Shown here piece by piece: positions 21,401-29,569 of a DNA stretch of 64,000 bases (positions are counted from its first letter, which is position 1; each line of letters begins with the position of its first letter). The notes under the pieces are model-generated. The model saw only the letters and a program-made list of their open reading frames with translations, did no database searches and was not told the origin of the DNA. The stretch is from NCBI GenBank assembly GCA_944331895.1, contig CALVIX010000005.1, positions 42,214-106,213 of the forward strand. Reading direction: 5' to 3'. The translations under genes were made by a program, and so were the position numbers. Origin of the DNA: an uncultured Bacilli bacterium. Lineage in GTDB: Bacteria; Bacillota_I; Bacilli_A; RF39; UBA660.

Positions 21401-21937
21401 ATGAAGATTATCAGTGGAAAGTACAAAGGAAAAGTCTTAAAAGGATTTGATATCGACGGTACGAGACCGACGATGGATCGAGTGAAGGAAAGTATGTTTG
21501 CGATGATTCAAAATCACCTGCAAGATTCAGTTTGTCTCGATTTATTTGCTGGAAGTGGTAATTTGGGATTAGAAGCATTAAGCGAAGGTGCTTCGAAGTG
21601 TTATTTTGTCGATTATAATCCGAAAGCGATTCGAACAATTCGTAAAAATGGTGAGGTTTGTAATGCGCTTGATCATATGGAAATCATTCATAAATCTTAT
21701 CAAGATGCGCTACTATTTTTTCAGCGAGAAAACGTAAAGTTTGATATTGTATTTCTAGATCCACCCTATCAAGCAAATTTGATTTCTACGGTGTTTACCA
21801 TGCTTAAAAAATTAGATCTCTTAAAAAAAGATGCGCTTATCGTATGCGAGTTTGAACATGAAGAGTTAAGCTCTATCTTTCCTCTTTGGAAAGAGCGAAA
21901 ATATGGTTCTAAAAAGGTATATATTTATCGTGTATAG
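21401..21937 (+). CDS. rsmD: 16S rRNA m2G966 methyltransferase RsmD
   Basis: Start at ATG 21401 (MKIISGKYKG). TRPTMDRVKESMF, DLFAGSG and DPPY motifs. Confidence 0.85.
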   Translation: MKIISGKYKGKVLKGFDIDGTRPTMDRVKESMFAMIQNHLQDSVCLDLFAGSGNLGLEALSEGASKCYFVDYNPKAIRTIRKNGEVCNALDHMEIIHKSYQDALLFFQRENVKFDIVFLDPPYQANLISTVFTMLKKLDLLKKDALIVCEFEHEELSSIFPLWKERKYGSKKVYIYRV

Positions 21938-21962
21938 AATGCAAGGAATTGCATTCTTTTTT
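21937..21962 (+). terminator. rho-independent terminator after rsmD, directly abutting the bacteriocin exporter gene
   Basis: GAATGCA-aggaat-TGCATTC followed by TTTTTT. The ORF-track TTG start (21949) lies inside this hairpin. Confidence 0.7.
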
Positions 21963-21990
21963 GTGGAACAATAAAAGTGGAGGTGAAACT

Positions 21991-24087
21991 ATTCGATATC
22001 CATTTATAAAACAACGTGAAGAAAAAGATTGTGGAATTGCATGTTTACAGATGATCATGGCATATTATCATTCTTATGTACCCAAAGAAGAATTACGTCA
22101 ACTTACGCACACGACGAAAAAAGGAACCAGTGCCTATGGTTTATTACAAGGAGCTGAGCAATTAGGATTTCGCGTACGAGCGTTAAAGGGGGACTTTTCA
22201 TCGTTGCAGATGGAACCACTCGCATACCCTGTGATTGCTCATATCGTTAAGGAAAAAGTCTACTATCATTATGTAGTGATTTATAAGATAGACCATAAAC
22301 ATAAAAAAATTTTGATTGCTGATCCTGCAAGTAGATTATCTTGGATTTCATTTCGATCTTTTCAAACGGAATGGAACCATATTATTTTAGTATTAGAACC
22401 GATGTTGCAACTTAGAAATGAAAAAAAGGCATCCATTTTGGAGTTGTGTTATCAAATTGTAAGTCGTTATCGTAAAGAACTTTGCATTTTATTCTTTTTT
22501 GCATTGATTCAAATGATACTATCTCTCATCATTTCCTATTATTTTAAAGTGGCAGTTGATTTTATTTCTCATTTTGGGACAAAGTCTGAATTTTACCTCA
22601 TCTCCGTTTTATTTTTCATGTTTTTCATATTACATCATCTTTCATTACTATTTTATTCTGATGTAATTTTAAAGTGGGGAACCGCCCTCGACCTATCTTT
22701 TACGAAAGATATTTTTCAAAAATTAGTTTCACTTCCATACGATAAATTTGATGGACGATCTACAGGTGAAGTTATGACGTATTTTCAAGAGTTGATGCAA
22801 CTAAAGGAAATTTTGATTACTTTTGTAAGTTCGATCTTGTTAGATATTTTATTTTGTGCTGGTGCACTTCTTATTTTAAGTACGATATCGATGGTTCTTT
22901 TTACTCTATGTTTATGTATGATATTTTCTTATGGGATTGTGTTTATGTTGTGTAAGCGATACTATCAAGTATATATCCCGTATGTCAAAAGAGAGCAAGG
23001 AATCGTATCTCACTGGTTGATCGAGAGCATGCGTGAATATGAGACGGTAAAGGGTTCACACCTAGAACGCGTTTTAAGCTCGTTTTTCGAAAGACATCAT
23101 TATCGCTTTGAAAAGGAAATGTACCATTTGAAACAATTAGAACGCAAAGAACAAGTTTTAGAAGAAACACTTTTGGGAATTATTCGTTTCCTCTTTATTT
23201 TTTGGGGAGGGGTTATGATGTTAAAGCAAGAACTTGCAATCGCTAGTTTTGTATTTGCATATATGTTATTTGATTATATCATCTCGCCCATGAATTCTCT
23301 TTATCGATTTTGTTTAGAATGGATACAAGTAAAGACTGCTGTTTGCGAATTAGCATTTCTATGGAAGAAAAGCGAGAGTGATGGAAAAATTGTATTAACG
23401 GGAATCTCGACGATCGAATTTCGAAATTTAAGTTATGCATATGAAGAAGATATGTGGGTATTAAAAAATATCGATATCGTCTTAAAGGAAAAAGAACATG
23501 TCATGTTATTTGGACCATCTGGAAGCGGAAAAAGTACCTTGTTTCGATTGTTGATGAAGTTTTATCGATGTCGAGGGAAGTTTATTTTTATCAATGCGGT
23601 TGATTATGATCAGTATGAAATGAATTCTTTCATGCGCCATATTTGTTATATATCGCAGAAAGAAACTTTATTTACGACGAATTTGTATGAAAATATTACA
23701 CTCGCACGAGAAGTATCTAAATCTGAGTTCTTAAAAGTATGTCGCGTATGTCAGCTTAATTTTATCGAAAAATTTCAAAATGGATATTATATGTTAGTAG
23801 AAGAAAATGGGAAAAACTTATCTGGAGGACAGCGTCAACGAATCATATTAGCGCGTGCTTTATTATTGCCATGTGAATTTTTGATTATCGATGAAGGACT
23901 CAATCAAGTAGAGGTCACATTAGAGAGAAAAATTCTTCAGGATGTCATGCGATATTATCCTGAAAAGACAATTATTTATATTACACATCGATATCAAAAT
24001 TTTGATTTGTTTTCGAGACTCCTATATATGAGACAAGGTAGGATATTAAAAGATTGGTATCGAGAAAGGAAGGAAATCGTAGATTGA
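21991..24087 (+). CDS. peptidase C39 domain bacteriocin ABC exporter (ATP-binding/permease)
   Basis: N-terminal YPFIKQREEKDCGIACLQMI (catalytic Cys), HYVVIY..ADP (His/Asp), six-TM ABC membrane domain, GPSGSGKST, LSGGQRQR, LIIDEG. Start uncertain: ATT 21991 sits 5 nt after GGAGGTG. TTG 21949 and 21961 lack an RBS. Confidence 0.85.
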   Translation: MRYPFIKQREEKDCGIACLQMIMAYYHSYVPKEELRQLTHTTKKGTSAYGLLQGAEQLGFRVRALKGDFSSLQMEPLAYPVIAHIVKEKVYYHYVVIYKIDHKHKKILIADPASRLSWISFRSFQTEWNHIILVLEPMLQLRNEKKASILELCYQIVSRYRKELCILFFFALIQMILSLIISYYFKVAVDFISHFGTKSEFYLISVLFFMFFILHHLSLLFYSDVILKWGTALDLSFTKDIFQKLVSLPYDKFDGRSTGEVMTYFQELMQLKEILITFVSSILLDILFCAGALLILSTISMVLFTLCLCMIFSYGIVFMLCKRYYQVYIPYVKREQGIVSHWLIESMREYETVKGSHLERVLSSFFERHHYRFEKEMYHLKQLERKEQVLEETLLGIIRFLFIFWGGVMMLKQELAIASFVFAYMLFDYIISPMNSLYRFCLEWIQVKTAVCELAFLWKKSESDGKIVLTGISTIEFRNLSYAYEEDMWVLKNIDIVLKEKEHVMLFGPSGSGKSTLFRLLMKFYRCRGKFIFINAVDYDQYEMNSFMRHICYISQKETLFTTNLYENITLAREVSKSEFLKVCRVCQLNFIEKFQNGYYMLVEENGKNLSGGQRQRIILARALLLPCEFLIIDEGLNQVEVTLERKILQDVMRYYPEKTIIYITHRYQNFDLFSRLLYMRQGRILKDWYRERKEIVD

Positions 24088-24485
24088 ATCTCTCTATCTC
24101 GAAAGGACTTTTTACACTTATCTTGTCGTGGGGAATGATCGTCATCTTTGTGGTTGTTATCGCGTTTTCTGTTCCGTATCAAATGTCACGTTCTTTTGCA
24201 GGAATGATGGTATTGAAAGATTCTGAATATTGGTTGAAAGGATATCTTAGGATAGATGATATTGCTTTTTTTAAAAGTGGCAGTCTTTGGATCGAAAATC
24301 AAGAATATAAAGTTCTAGATCTCATATATACGAATGAAATCGTCGCGGGAGAAGACGGGGAAGTATACCAAGCAATCTTGATTGGAGGTAATTGGAGCAT
24401 GGAATTAAAAGAAAATTATAAAAGTATCGTCGCAGTTTATCGAACAGAGAAAAAAACTTGGGTGCAAAGATATATGAAATGGTAG
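24054..24485 (+). CDS. small membrane-anchored protein in the position of a bacteriocin accessory or immunity protein
   Basis: TTG start at 24054 or 24084, both overlapping the exporter stop. One TM helix (GLFTLILSWGMIVIFVVVIAF) plus a ~100-aa beta-rich domain. No confident family. Confidence 0.5.
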   Translation: MVSRKEGNRRLNLSISKGLFTLILSWGMIVIFVVVIAFSVPYQMSRSFAGMMVLKDSEYWLKGYLRIDDIAFFKSGSLWIENQEYKVLDLIYTNEIVAGEDGEVYQAILIGGNWSMELKENYKSIVAVYRTEKKTWVQRYMKW

Positions 24486-24499
24486 AAAGGAGGAAAGAA

Positions 24500-24655
24500 G
24501 TGGAACATATCAGAAAAGAAGAACTAAGAAGTATCATTGGTGGTGGAGTGAGTACTGGTGTCGGATTGGCACTTGCAGTTACGGCAGGAATTGTTTTTGT
24601 GATCGGTGTGATCGATGGTTATTTAAGACCACTTCTGTGTCACACAAATGAGTGA
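24500..24655 (+). CDS. double-glycine leader bacteriocin precursor, peptide A (51 aa)
   Basis: GTG 6 nt after AAAGGAGGAAA. Leader MEHIRKEELRSIIGG has I-4, L-7, E-8, I-12, M-15 and G-2 G-1. Mature 36 aa: GVSTGVGLALAVTAGIVFVIGVIDGYLRPLLCHTNE, hydrophobic and rich in small-xxx-small motifs. Confidence 0.7.
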   Translation: MEHIRKEELRSIIGGGVSTGVGLALAVTAGIVFVIGVIDGYLRPLLCHTNE

Positions 24656-24821
24656 GTTAACAAAGAAAGAGGCAGTACAGATTTATGGTGGTGTAAATCT
24701 CTCTGGAACGATCGTAACCGCATTTTTGAAAGGGATCGATATTATCTTAGAATTAGGTAGAAACCTTGGGAGTGCGATTCGCAGAATTCAGGATCATAAT
24801 GTCTGTCCATACCAAAAATAG
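24648..24821 (+). CDS. double-glycine leader bacteriocin precursor, peptide B (57 aa, not in the ORF track)
   Basis: ATG inside ATGAGTGA, overlapping the peptide A stop. Leader MSELTKKEAVQIYGG (I-4, E-8, L-12). Mature 42 aa: VNLSGTIVTAFLKGIDIILELGRNLGSAIRRIQDHNVCPYQK, amphipathic and net cationic. Confidence 0.65.
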   Translation: MSELTKKEAVQIYGGVNLSGTIVTAFLKGIDIILELGRNLGSAIRRIQDHNVCPYQK

Positions 24822-24892
24822 AAAATATTAGAGGAAAAGATGCGTTAGAATGCACTTTTTTCTCTTTTTTTGTCACAAAGTCCTTTTTTTTG

Positions 24893-24921
24893 TTGAAATC
24901 TAAGAATACCCGTGTTATAAT
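24893..24921 (+). promoter_or_regulatory. sigma-A-type promoter for rpsU
   Basis: TTGAAA, 17-nt spacer, TATAAT. Confidence 0.55.
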
Positions 24922-24950
24922 ATCACTAGTCAAGAAGGGAGGGAATATTC

Positions 24951-25148
24951 ATGCCTACAGTAGTTGTGAAAAACGGGAATGTGGATGGAGCATTGAGAAC
25001 ATTCAAACAAAAAACCGTGAAAAATGGCCTCCTAAAAAACATTAGAGATAGAGAGTTCTATAGTAAACCTGGAGAACGACGTAGAAAAGCAAAAAAAGAA
25101 GGAATCAAGAACAGTCGTAGAAGAGATCGTAGAGAGCGCAATAATTAA
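24951..25148 (+). CDS. rpsU: 30S ribosomal protein S21
   Basis: MPTVVVKNGNVDGALRTFK...FYSKPGERRRKAKKE is typical of S21. Confidence 0.9.
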   Translation: MPTVVVKNGNVDGALRTFKQKTVKNGLLKNIRDREFYSKPGERRRKAKKEGIKNSRRRDRRERNN

Positions 25149-25185
25149 GGAGCCAAGCAAAGGCTTCTTTTATGTTAGAAAGGAA

Positions 25186-25635
25186 ATGGTTATGAAAGAG
25201 AGAATATTGAACGATTTAAAAGAAGCGATGAAGCAAAAAGATAAAGAGTTGTTATCTGTCATCCGCATGGTAAAAGGTGCAATCCAAATGGAAGAAATTG
25301 CAAAGAAAAAAGAATTGAATGATGATGAGGTTATCACTATTATTTCAAAACAAATTAAGACGAGAAAAGAATCGATTGTAGAATTTGAGAAAGCTGGACG
25401 TGACGATTTAAAGAATCAAACACAAAGTGAAATTGATATCTTAATGCGTTATATGCCAGAACAAATGAGCGAAGAAGAAGTATTAAAGGTAATCGATCAA
25501 GCATTTGAAACGGTAAAGCCAACAAGCATGAAAGACATGGGGAAACTTATGGGAATGATTACTCCTCAAGTACGTGGCAAGGCAGATATGGGGTTTGTCA
25601 ATAAAACGATTAAAGATAGATTAAGCGCCAAGTAA
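25186..25635 (+). CDS. yqeY: GatB/YqeY domain protein
   Basis: LKEAMKQKDKELLSVIRMVKGAI...Q.EIDIL..Y.P pattern. rpsU-yqeY synteny. Confidence 0.8.
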   Translation: MVMKERILNDLKEAMKQKDKELLSVIRMVKGAIQMEEIAKKKELNDDEVITIISKQIKTRKESIVEFEKAGRDDLKNQTQSEIDILMRYMPEQMSEEEVLKVIDQAFETVKPTSMKDMGKLMGMITPQVRGKADMGFVNKTIKDRLSAK

Positions 25636-25656
25636 AAACACGAACATGTGTTTTTT
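25634..25656 (+). terminator. rho-independent terminator after yqeY
   Basis: AAAAACAC-gaacat-GTGTTTTT. Confidence 0.65.
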
Positions 25657-25663
25657 CGTTTTC

Positions 25664-25691
25664 TTGACAAATATAAAAAATATGGTATAAT
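25664..25691 (+). promoter_or_regulatory. promoter of the two-gene orphan operon
   Basis: TTGACA, 16-nt spacer ending in TGg, TATAAT (extended -10). Confidence 0.6.
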
Positions 25692-25719
25692 ATTGTAATT
25701 TCATTGAGGAGGTGATATT

Positions 25720-26259
25720 GTGTATACAATGACAACATCCACTAAAAAGACAAACAGACTAAAAAAAGGAATTTGCTCTAATCGTTGGAATCATTTCGCA
25801 TTACAATATATTGCAGCATATAATGAATTAGGACAGTTCGTTATAAGTCAACCATTCCATACACAGTCACCAAGAATTAAATGTAGATGTCTTCACTGTC
25901 TAGAAGAAATTACATTTCAAAAAGAAGAATTAGAGCAGTTTCAACAAGTATATAGTGATCGAGTAATTGTTCCTGAAAATACAGCGTTTAACCGAATCGA
26001 TCGTTTTTACGAAAACATGAAAATCGTAGGACAACTAGAGTCTCAGTATGGCCTTACGCAAGCGGTGGTTCATGAGTTAAAAGTAAAAAATCAACAACGA
26101 GATATAGAAGAGAAGGTCGACATGGGATTTATCAAAAACAAAAAAGAAGCGAGTGCTCCAGTAGCCAAGACGGAACAGGAGATCGCAGAAGAGAGTAAAC
26201 GATTGTTAATTACCAAAGAAAATTATAGCAAGAGAACGGGTAGCTATTACTCTTCCTAA
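25720..26259 (+). CDS. hypothetical protein
   Basis: GTG start 4 nt after GAGGAGGTGA. Contains KCRCLHC. No family recognised. Confidence 0.5.
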   Translation: MYTMTTSTKKTNRLKKGICSNRWNHFALQYIAAYNELGQFVISQPFHTQSPRIKCRCLHCLEEITFQKEELEQFQQVYSDRVIVPENTAFNRIDRFYENMKIVGQLESQYGLTQAVVHELKVKNQQRDIEEKVDMGFIKNKKEASAPVAKTEQEIAEESKRLLITKENYSKRTGSYYSS

Positions 26260-26275
26260 AAGAAGGGGGGATAAA

Positions 26276-26674
26276 ATGAAATTGAAAGACAAATTGAATT
26301 TGTTTAGAAATTTAATAACGAAAGAGGAATCACCGCAGGAAATATATCCAGACGATATTCTTGCGTGCATAGGAGAATTTTCAGCACCTGAAATGAGTGC
26401 AACGCAAAAATATAGTTTGTATCGTTCCTTGGAAAATGGATTATCGATTTCCTCTGAATTGTATCAAGTTGCTGCAGACAATACTGTAGAACGAGAATTT
26501 CCTTATATTCTTTATCCTGTAGAAGATAGTGTCATGTCTTTATGTGAATTTGAAAACTTGAGAGATCATTATGAAACTTTAAAGCAACAAATTCCAACCA
26601 AGACACAGTATCAACTATATTTGGATATGAAAGAATATCAGAAGAAAAGAAAAACACATCAAAAAATTAGATAA
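26276..26674 (+). CDS. hypothetical protein
   Basis: ATG after GGGGGG. Followed by a hairpin plus T run. Confidence 0.5.
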   Translation: MKLKDKLNLFRNLITKEESPQEIYPDDILACIGEFSAPEMSATQKYSLYRSLENGLSISSELYQVAADNTVEREFPYILYPVEDSVMSLCEFENLRDHYETLKQQIPTKTQYQLYLDMKEYQKKRKTHQKIR

Positions 26675-26860
26675 TCGAGGACTGTAAGAGCAGTTCTTTT
26701 TTTAAATTATGGTAGTTTTTTCTTGTTTCTGCATATAATTTATGGTATATTAGTTATGGCTTTTTCAAATACACACGATATGGATTTCAATGCCGAGTGC
26801 CAATTGGTGGTGTTGAAAGTTGAAATATCGGAGGAAAATAACAAAAGGAGGAAGAGAATA

Positions 26861-27898
26861 ATGGCAGTAGTGTCAATGAGTTATTTATTAGAAGCTGGTG
26901 TTCATTTTGGACATCAAACAAAAAGATGGAACCCTAAGATGAAAGAGTACATCTTTACTTCAAGAGATGATATTTATATTATCGATTTACAAAAGACTGC
27001 AAAGAAAATCGAAGAAGCATATGCAGCTTTGAATGCGATTGCAGCAAATGGTGGAAAGGTTTTATTTGTAGGAACGAGAAAACAAGCACAGGAAGCTACA
27101 AGAGAAGAAGCAATTCGTTCAAATAGTTACTATGTAACAGAAAGATGGTTAGGGGGAACCTTAACGAACTTTAAAACGATTCGTAACAGAGTAAAACGTT
27201 TAGAAGAAATCGAAAAAATGGAACAAGATGGAACTTTCGATGTATTACCAAAGAAAGAAGTTGTAGGTCTTAAAAAAGAATACGACAAATTAAATAAAGT
27301 ACTTTGCGGAATTCGCGATATGTACAAATTACCAGATGCGATGATTATCACAGATCCATCTAAAGAAGAAATTGCAATCAGAGAAGCAAGAAAGTTAAAC
27401 ATTCCAGTATTTGGAATTGTCGATACAAACTGTGATCCTGATATGGTTGATTATGTTATTCCAGGAAATGACGATGCAATCCGTGCGGTAAAACTAATTA
27501 TCGGTGTTCTTGCAAATGCCATCGTAGAAGCAAATGGTGGTGAAATGGTTGACTATGTAAGCTCAGATAAGAAAGACGAAAATGGAAACGAAATCATGCA
27601 AAGAGCAGTAGAGTCTGTTAAGAAAAAAGAACCAAGAAGATTTGATAAGAAAAACGATAAGTTCAAAAAACCATTTAATAAAGATTTCAAAAAAGCAGAA
27701 AAGAATACAAAAGACGAATCTGTTGAAGTAAAAAAAGAAGAGCCAAAGAAAGAAGAAGTGAAAACTGTAGAAAAAGCCAAAGAAGATAAAGATTTATCAA
27801 AAATGACAGTTGCAGAGCTTCGTGAAATGGCAAAAGCAAAAGAAATCAAAGGATACTCAACAATGAAAAAAGCTGAATTATTAGAAGCTTTAAAATAG
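26861..27898 (+). CDS. rpsB: 30S ribosomal protein S2 with long basic C-terminal extension
   Basis: Start trimmed to MAVVSM.. (AAAAGGAGGAAG RBS). [19 protein letters not shown] core. The ~117-aa Lys/Glu-rich tail ends in [31 protein letters not shown]. Confidence 0.9.
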   Translation: MAVVSMSYLLEAGVHFGHQTKRWNPKMKEYIFTSRDDIYIIDLQKTAKKIEEAYAALNAIAANGGKVLFVGTRKQAQEATREEAIRSNSYYVTERWLGGTLTNFKTIRNRVKRLEEIEKMEQDGTFDVLPKKEVVGLKKEYDKLNKVLCGIRDMYKLPDAMIITDPSKEEIAIREARKLNIPVFGIVDTNCDPDMVDYVIPGNDDAIRAVKLIIGVLANAIVEANGGEMVDYVSSDKKDENGNEIMQRAVESVKKKEPRRFDKKNDKFKKPFNKDFKKAEKNTKDESVEVKKEEPKKEEVKTVEKAKEDKDLSKMTVAELREMAKAKEIKGYSTMKKAELLEALK

Positions 27899-27950
27899 AT
27901 GGAAAAGATGATTTTTAAATCATCTTTCATTTTAGAAAAGGAGAGTTATT

Positions 27951-28811
27951 ATGATAAGTGCTAGTTTAGTAAAAGAACTAAGAGAAAAAACAGGAGCAGG
28001 AATGCTCGACTGTAAAAAGGCATTAGAAGCAAATAATGGAGATATGAATGCTTCTATCGATTGGTTAAGAGAGAAGGGAATTTCAAAAGCTGCAAAGAAA
28101 GCAGATCGTATTGCTGCAGAAGGACTTGCTGCAATTAAGATCGATGGAAATACCGCTGCAATTGTAGAAGTAAATTCTGAGACTGACTTTGTTGCAAAGA
28201 ATCCAGAATTCCAAGAATTAGTCGATGCCATTTTAGATGTCGTTGTAAAAAACGATGTTAAAACAGTAGAAGAAGCACTTGCTTGCGATGGATTAAATGA
28301 TTTAGTCGTTGCAAAGACTTCAAAAATTGGAGAAAAATTAAGCTTTAGAAGATTTGAAAAAGTCACAAAAACAGATGATCAATCATTTGGATCATACATC
28401 CATATGGGTGGAAAAATTGCAGTGTTAACTGTATTAAATGGAGCAAACGAGGAAGTTGCACGCGATGTTGCAATGCATGCTGCTGCAATGCGTCCAACAT
28501 ATGTGAAAAAAGAAGATGTTCCTGCTGATGAGTTAGAAAGAGAACGTACTGTATTAAAAGAACAAGCAATGAACGAAGGAAAACCTGCCGAAATTGCTGA
28601 AAAGATGGTAGCTGGAAGAATTCAAAAATACTACAAAGAGATTTGCTTAGAAGAACAACCATTTGTAAAAGATGGAGATGTTACGGTTAGTAAGTTTGTT
28701 TCTAACAACGGTGGAACAATCGATAAAATGATTCGTTACGAAGTTGGAGAAGGAATGGAAAAAAGAGAAGAAAACTTCGCCGAAGAAGTAATGAAACAAA
28801 TGCAACAATAA
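27951..28811 (+). CDS. tsf: elongation factor Ts
   Basis: [23 protein letters not shown]-like N-terminus. rpsB-tsf synteny. Confidence 0.95.
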   Translation: MISASLVKELREKTGAGMLDCKKALEANNGDMNASIDWLREKGISKAAKKADRIAAEGLAAIKIDGNTAAIVEVNSETDFVAKNPEFQELVDAILDVVVKNDVKTVEEALACDGLNDLVVAKTSKIGEKLSFRRFEKVTKTDDQSFGSYIHMGGKIAVLTVLNGANEEVARDVAMHAAAMRPTYVKKEDVPADELERERTVLKEQAMNEGKPAEIAEKMVAGRIQKYYKEICLEEQPFVKDGDVTVSKFVSNNGGTIDKMIRYEVGEGMEKREENFAEEVMKQMQQ

Positions 28812-28815
28812 ACGA

Positions 28816-28843
28816 AAAATGCAGGGCTATCCTGCATTTTTTT
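28816..28843. terminator. bidirectional terminator (tsf / convergent yigZ)
   Basis: AAAATGCAGG-gctat-CCTGCATTTT followed by more T. Confidence 0.75.
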
Positions 28844-28880
28844 CTTTCTTTTTTCAATTGCAAATATCACTTACTAATTT

Positions 28881-29480
28881 TTATGATAGTACATTATTTA
28901 TAAAAATAGGATCTTTTTTCTCTATCTTAAGCGTTTTTGGTTTTATGGTTTGTAAAATAGTTTCACAAGATTCGATCGGTAATTCGATCTGATATTGGAT
29001 GACTTCATCGAACTTTTTTTCTGTGATTGAAATATTTTTTAATAAGTGATCGATCTCTTTTAATTGTTCATATGAGAAAGAGATATTATATCGCATTCCA
29101 GGAACAAGTGATATTGGGGTTATATTTTCTAAGGCAGTTGTCACTGCTTTTGTGTATGCCCGAACGAGTCCTCCAGCACCTAGTTTGATTCCACCAAAGT
29201 AGCGTACGACGATAACTAAAACATGTTGGTAGTCTTGCATTTTCAGCACATTCAACATAGGCATTCCTGCAGTTTTACTTGGTTCTCCATCATCGCTGCA
29301 TCTTTCGTTTTGATCTATAATATACGCATAGCAATAATGAGTGGCATTTGGAAATTCTTTTTTTGTTTCTAACAAGAATTTTTTAATTTCCTCTACATTG
29401 TGAACAGGATAGAGAACTGTAATAAATTTTGACTTTTGAATTTCTAATTCTGAAACAATTTTTTCTTTGATACTTTTCAT
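28881..29480 (-). CDS. yigZ: YigZ/IMPACT-family protein
   Basis: KSKFI..., HYCYAY, SDDGEPSKTAGMPML, VRYFGGIKLGAGGLVRAY motifs. Confidence 0.8.
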   Translation of the reverse strand: MKSIKEKIVSELEIQKSKFITVLYPVHNVEEIKKFLLETKKEFPNATHYCYAYIIDQNERCSDDGEPSKTAGMPMLNVLKMQDYQHVLVIVVRYFGGIKLGAGGLVRAYTKAVTTALENITPISLVPGMRYNISFSYEQLKEIDHLLKNISITEKKFDEVIQYQIELPIESCETILQTIKPKTLKIEKKDPIFINNVLS

Positions 29481-29517
29481 GTGATCACCATGTTTATTGT
29501 AACTTATATTTCGATCT

Positions 29518-29545
29518 TTGACAATTTTTTTTCGTGTGGTAGAAT
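29518..29545 (+). promoter_or_regulatory. promoter for the 29570 gene
   Basis: TTGACA, 16-nt spacer with TGg, TAGAAT. Confidence 0.5.
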
Positions 29546-29569
29546 GGAAGTATAAGGGTAGGTGGATGG

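Noticed and set aside
24742-24933. Minus-strand 63-aa ORF overlapping peptide B and the rpsU promoter
   Set aside because: It has no RBS and overlaps a plus-strand ORF that has a textbook GG leader.
26723-26860. N-terminal extension of rpsB in the ORF track (TTG start at 26723)
   Set aside because: It overlaps the promoter and leader, has no homology, and a strong RBS precedes the ATG at 26861. The ~100-nt leader may hold an S2 autoregulatory structure (TTCAA..TTGAA stem), but I could not support a specific fold.
27130-28662. Minus-strand ORFs antisense to rpsB and tsf (27130-27402, 27553-27930, 27932-28366, 28363-28662)
   Set aside because: They are mirror images of highly expressed Lys/Glu/Ala-rich genes, giving Ser/Phe/Leu-rich nonsense. 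They have no RBS.
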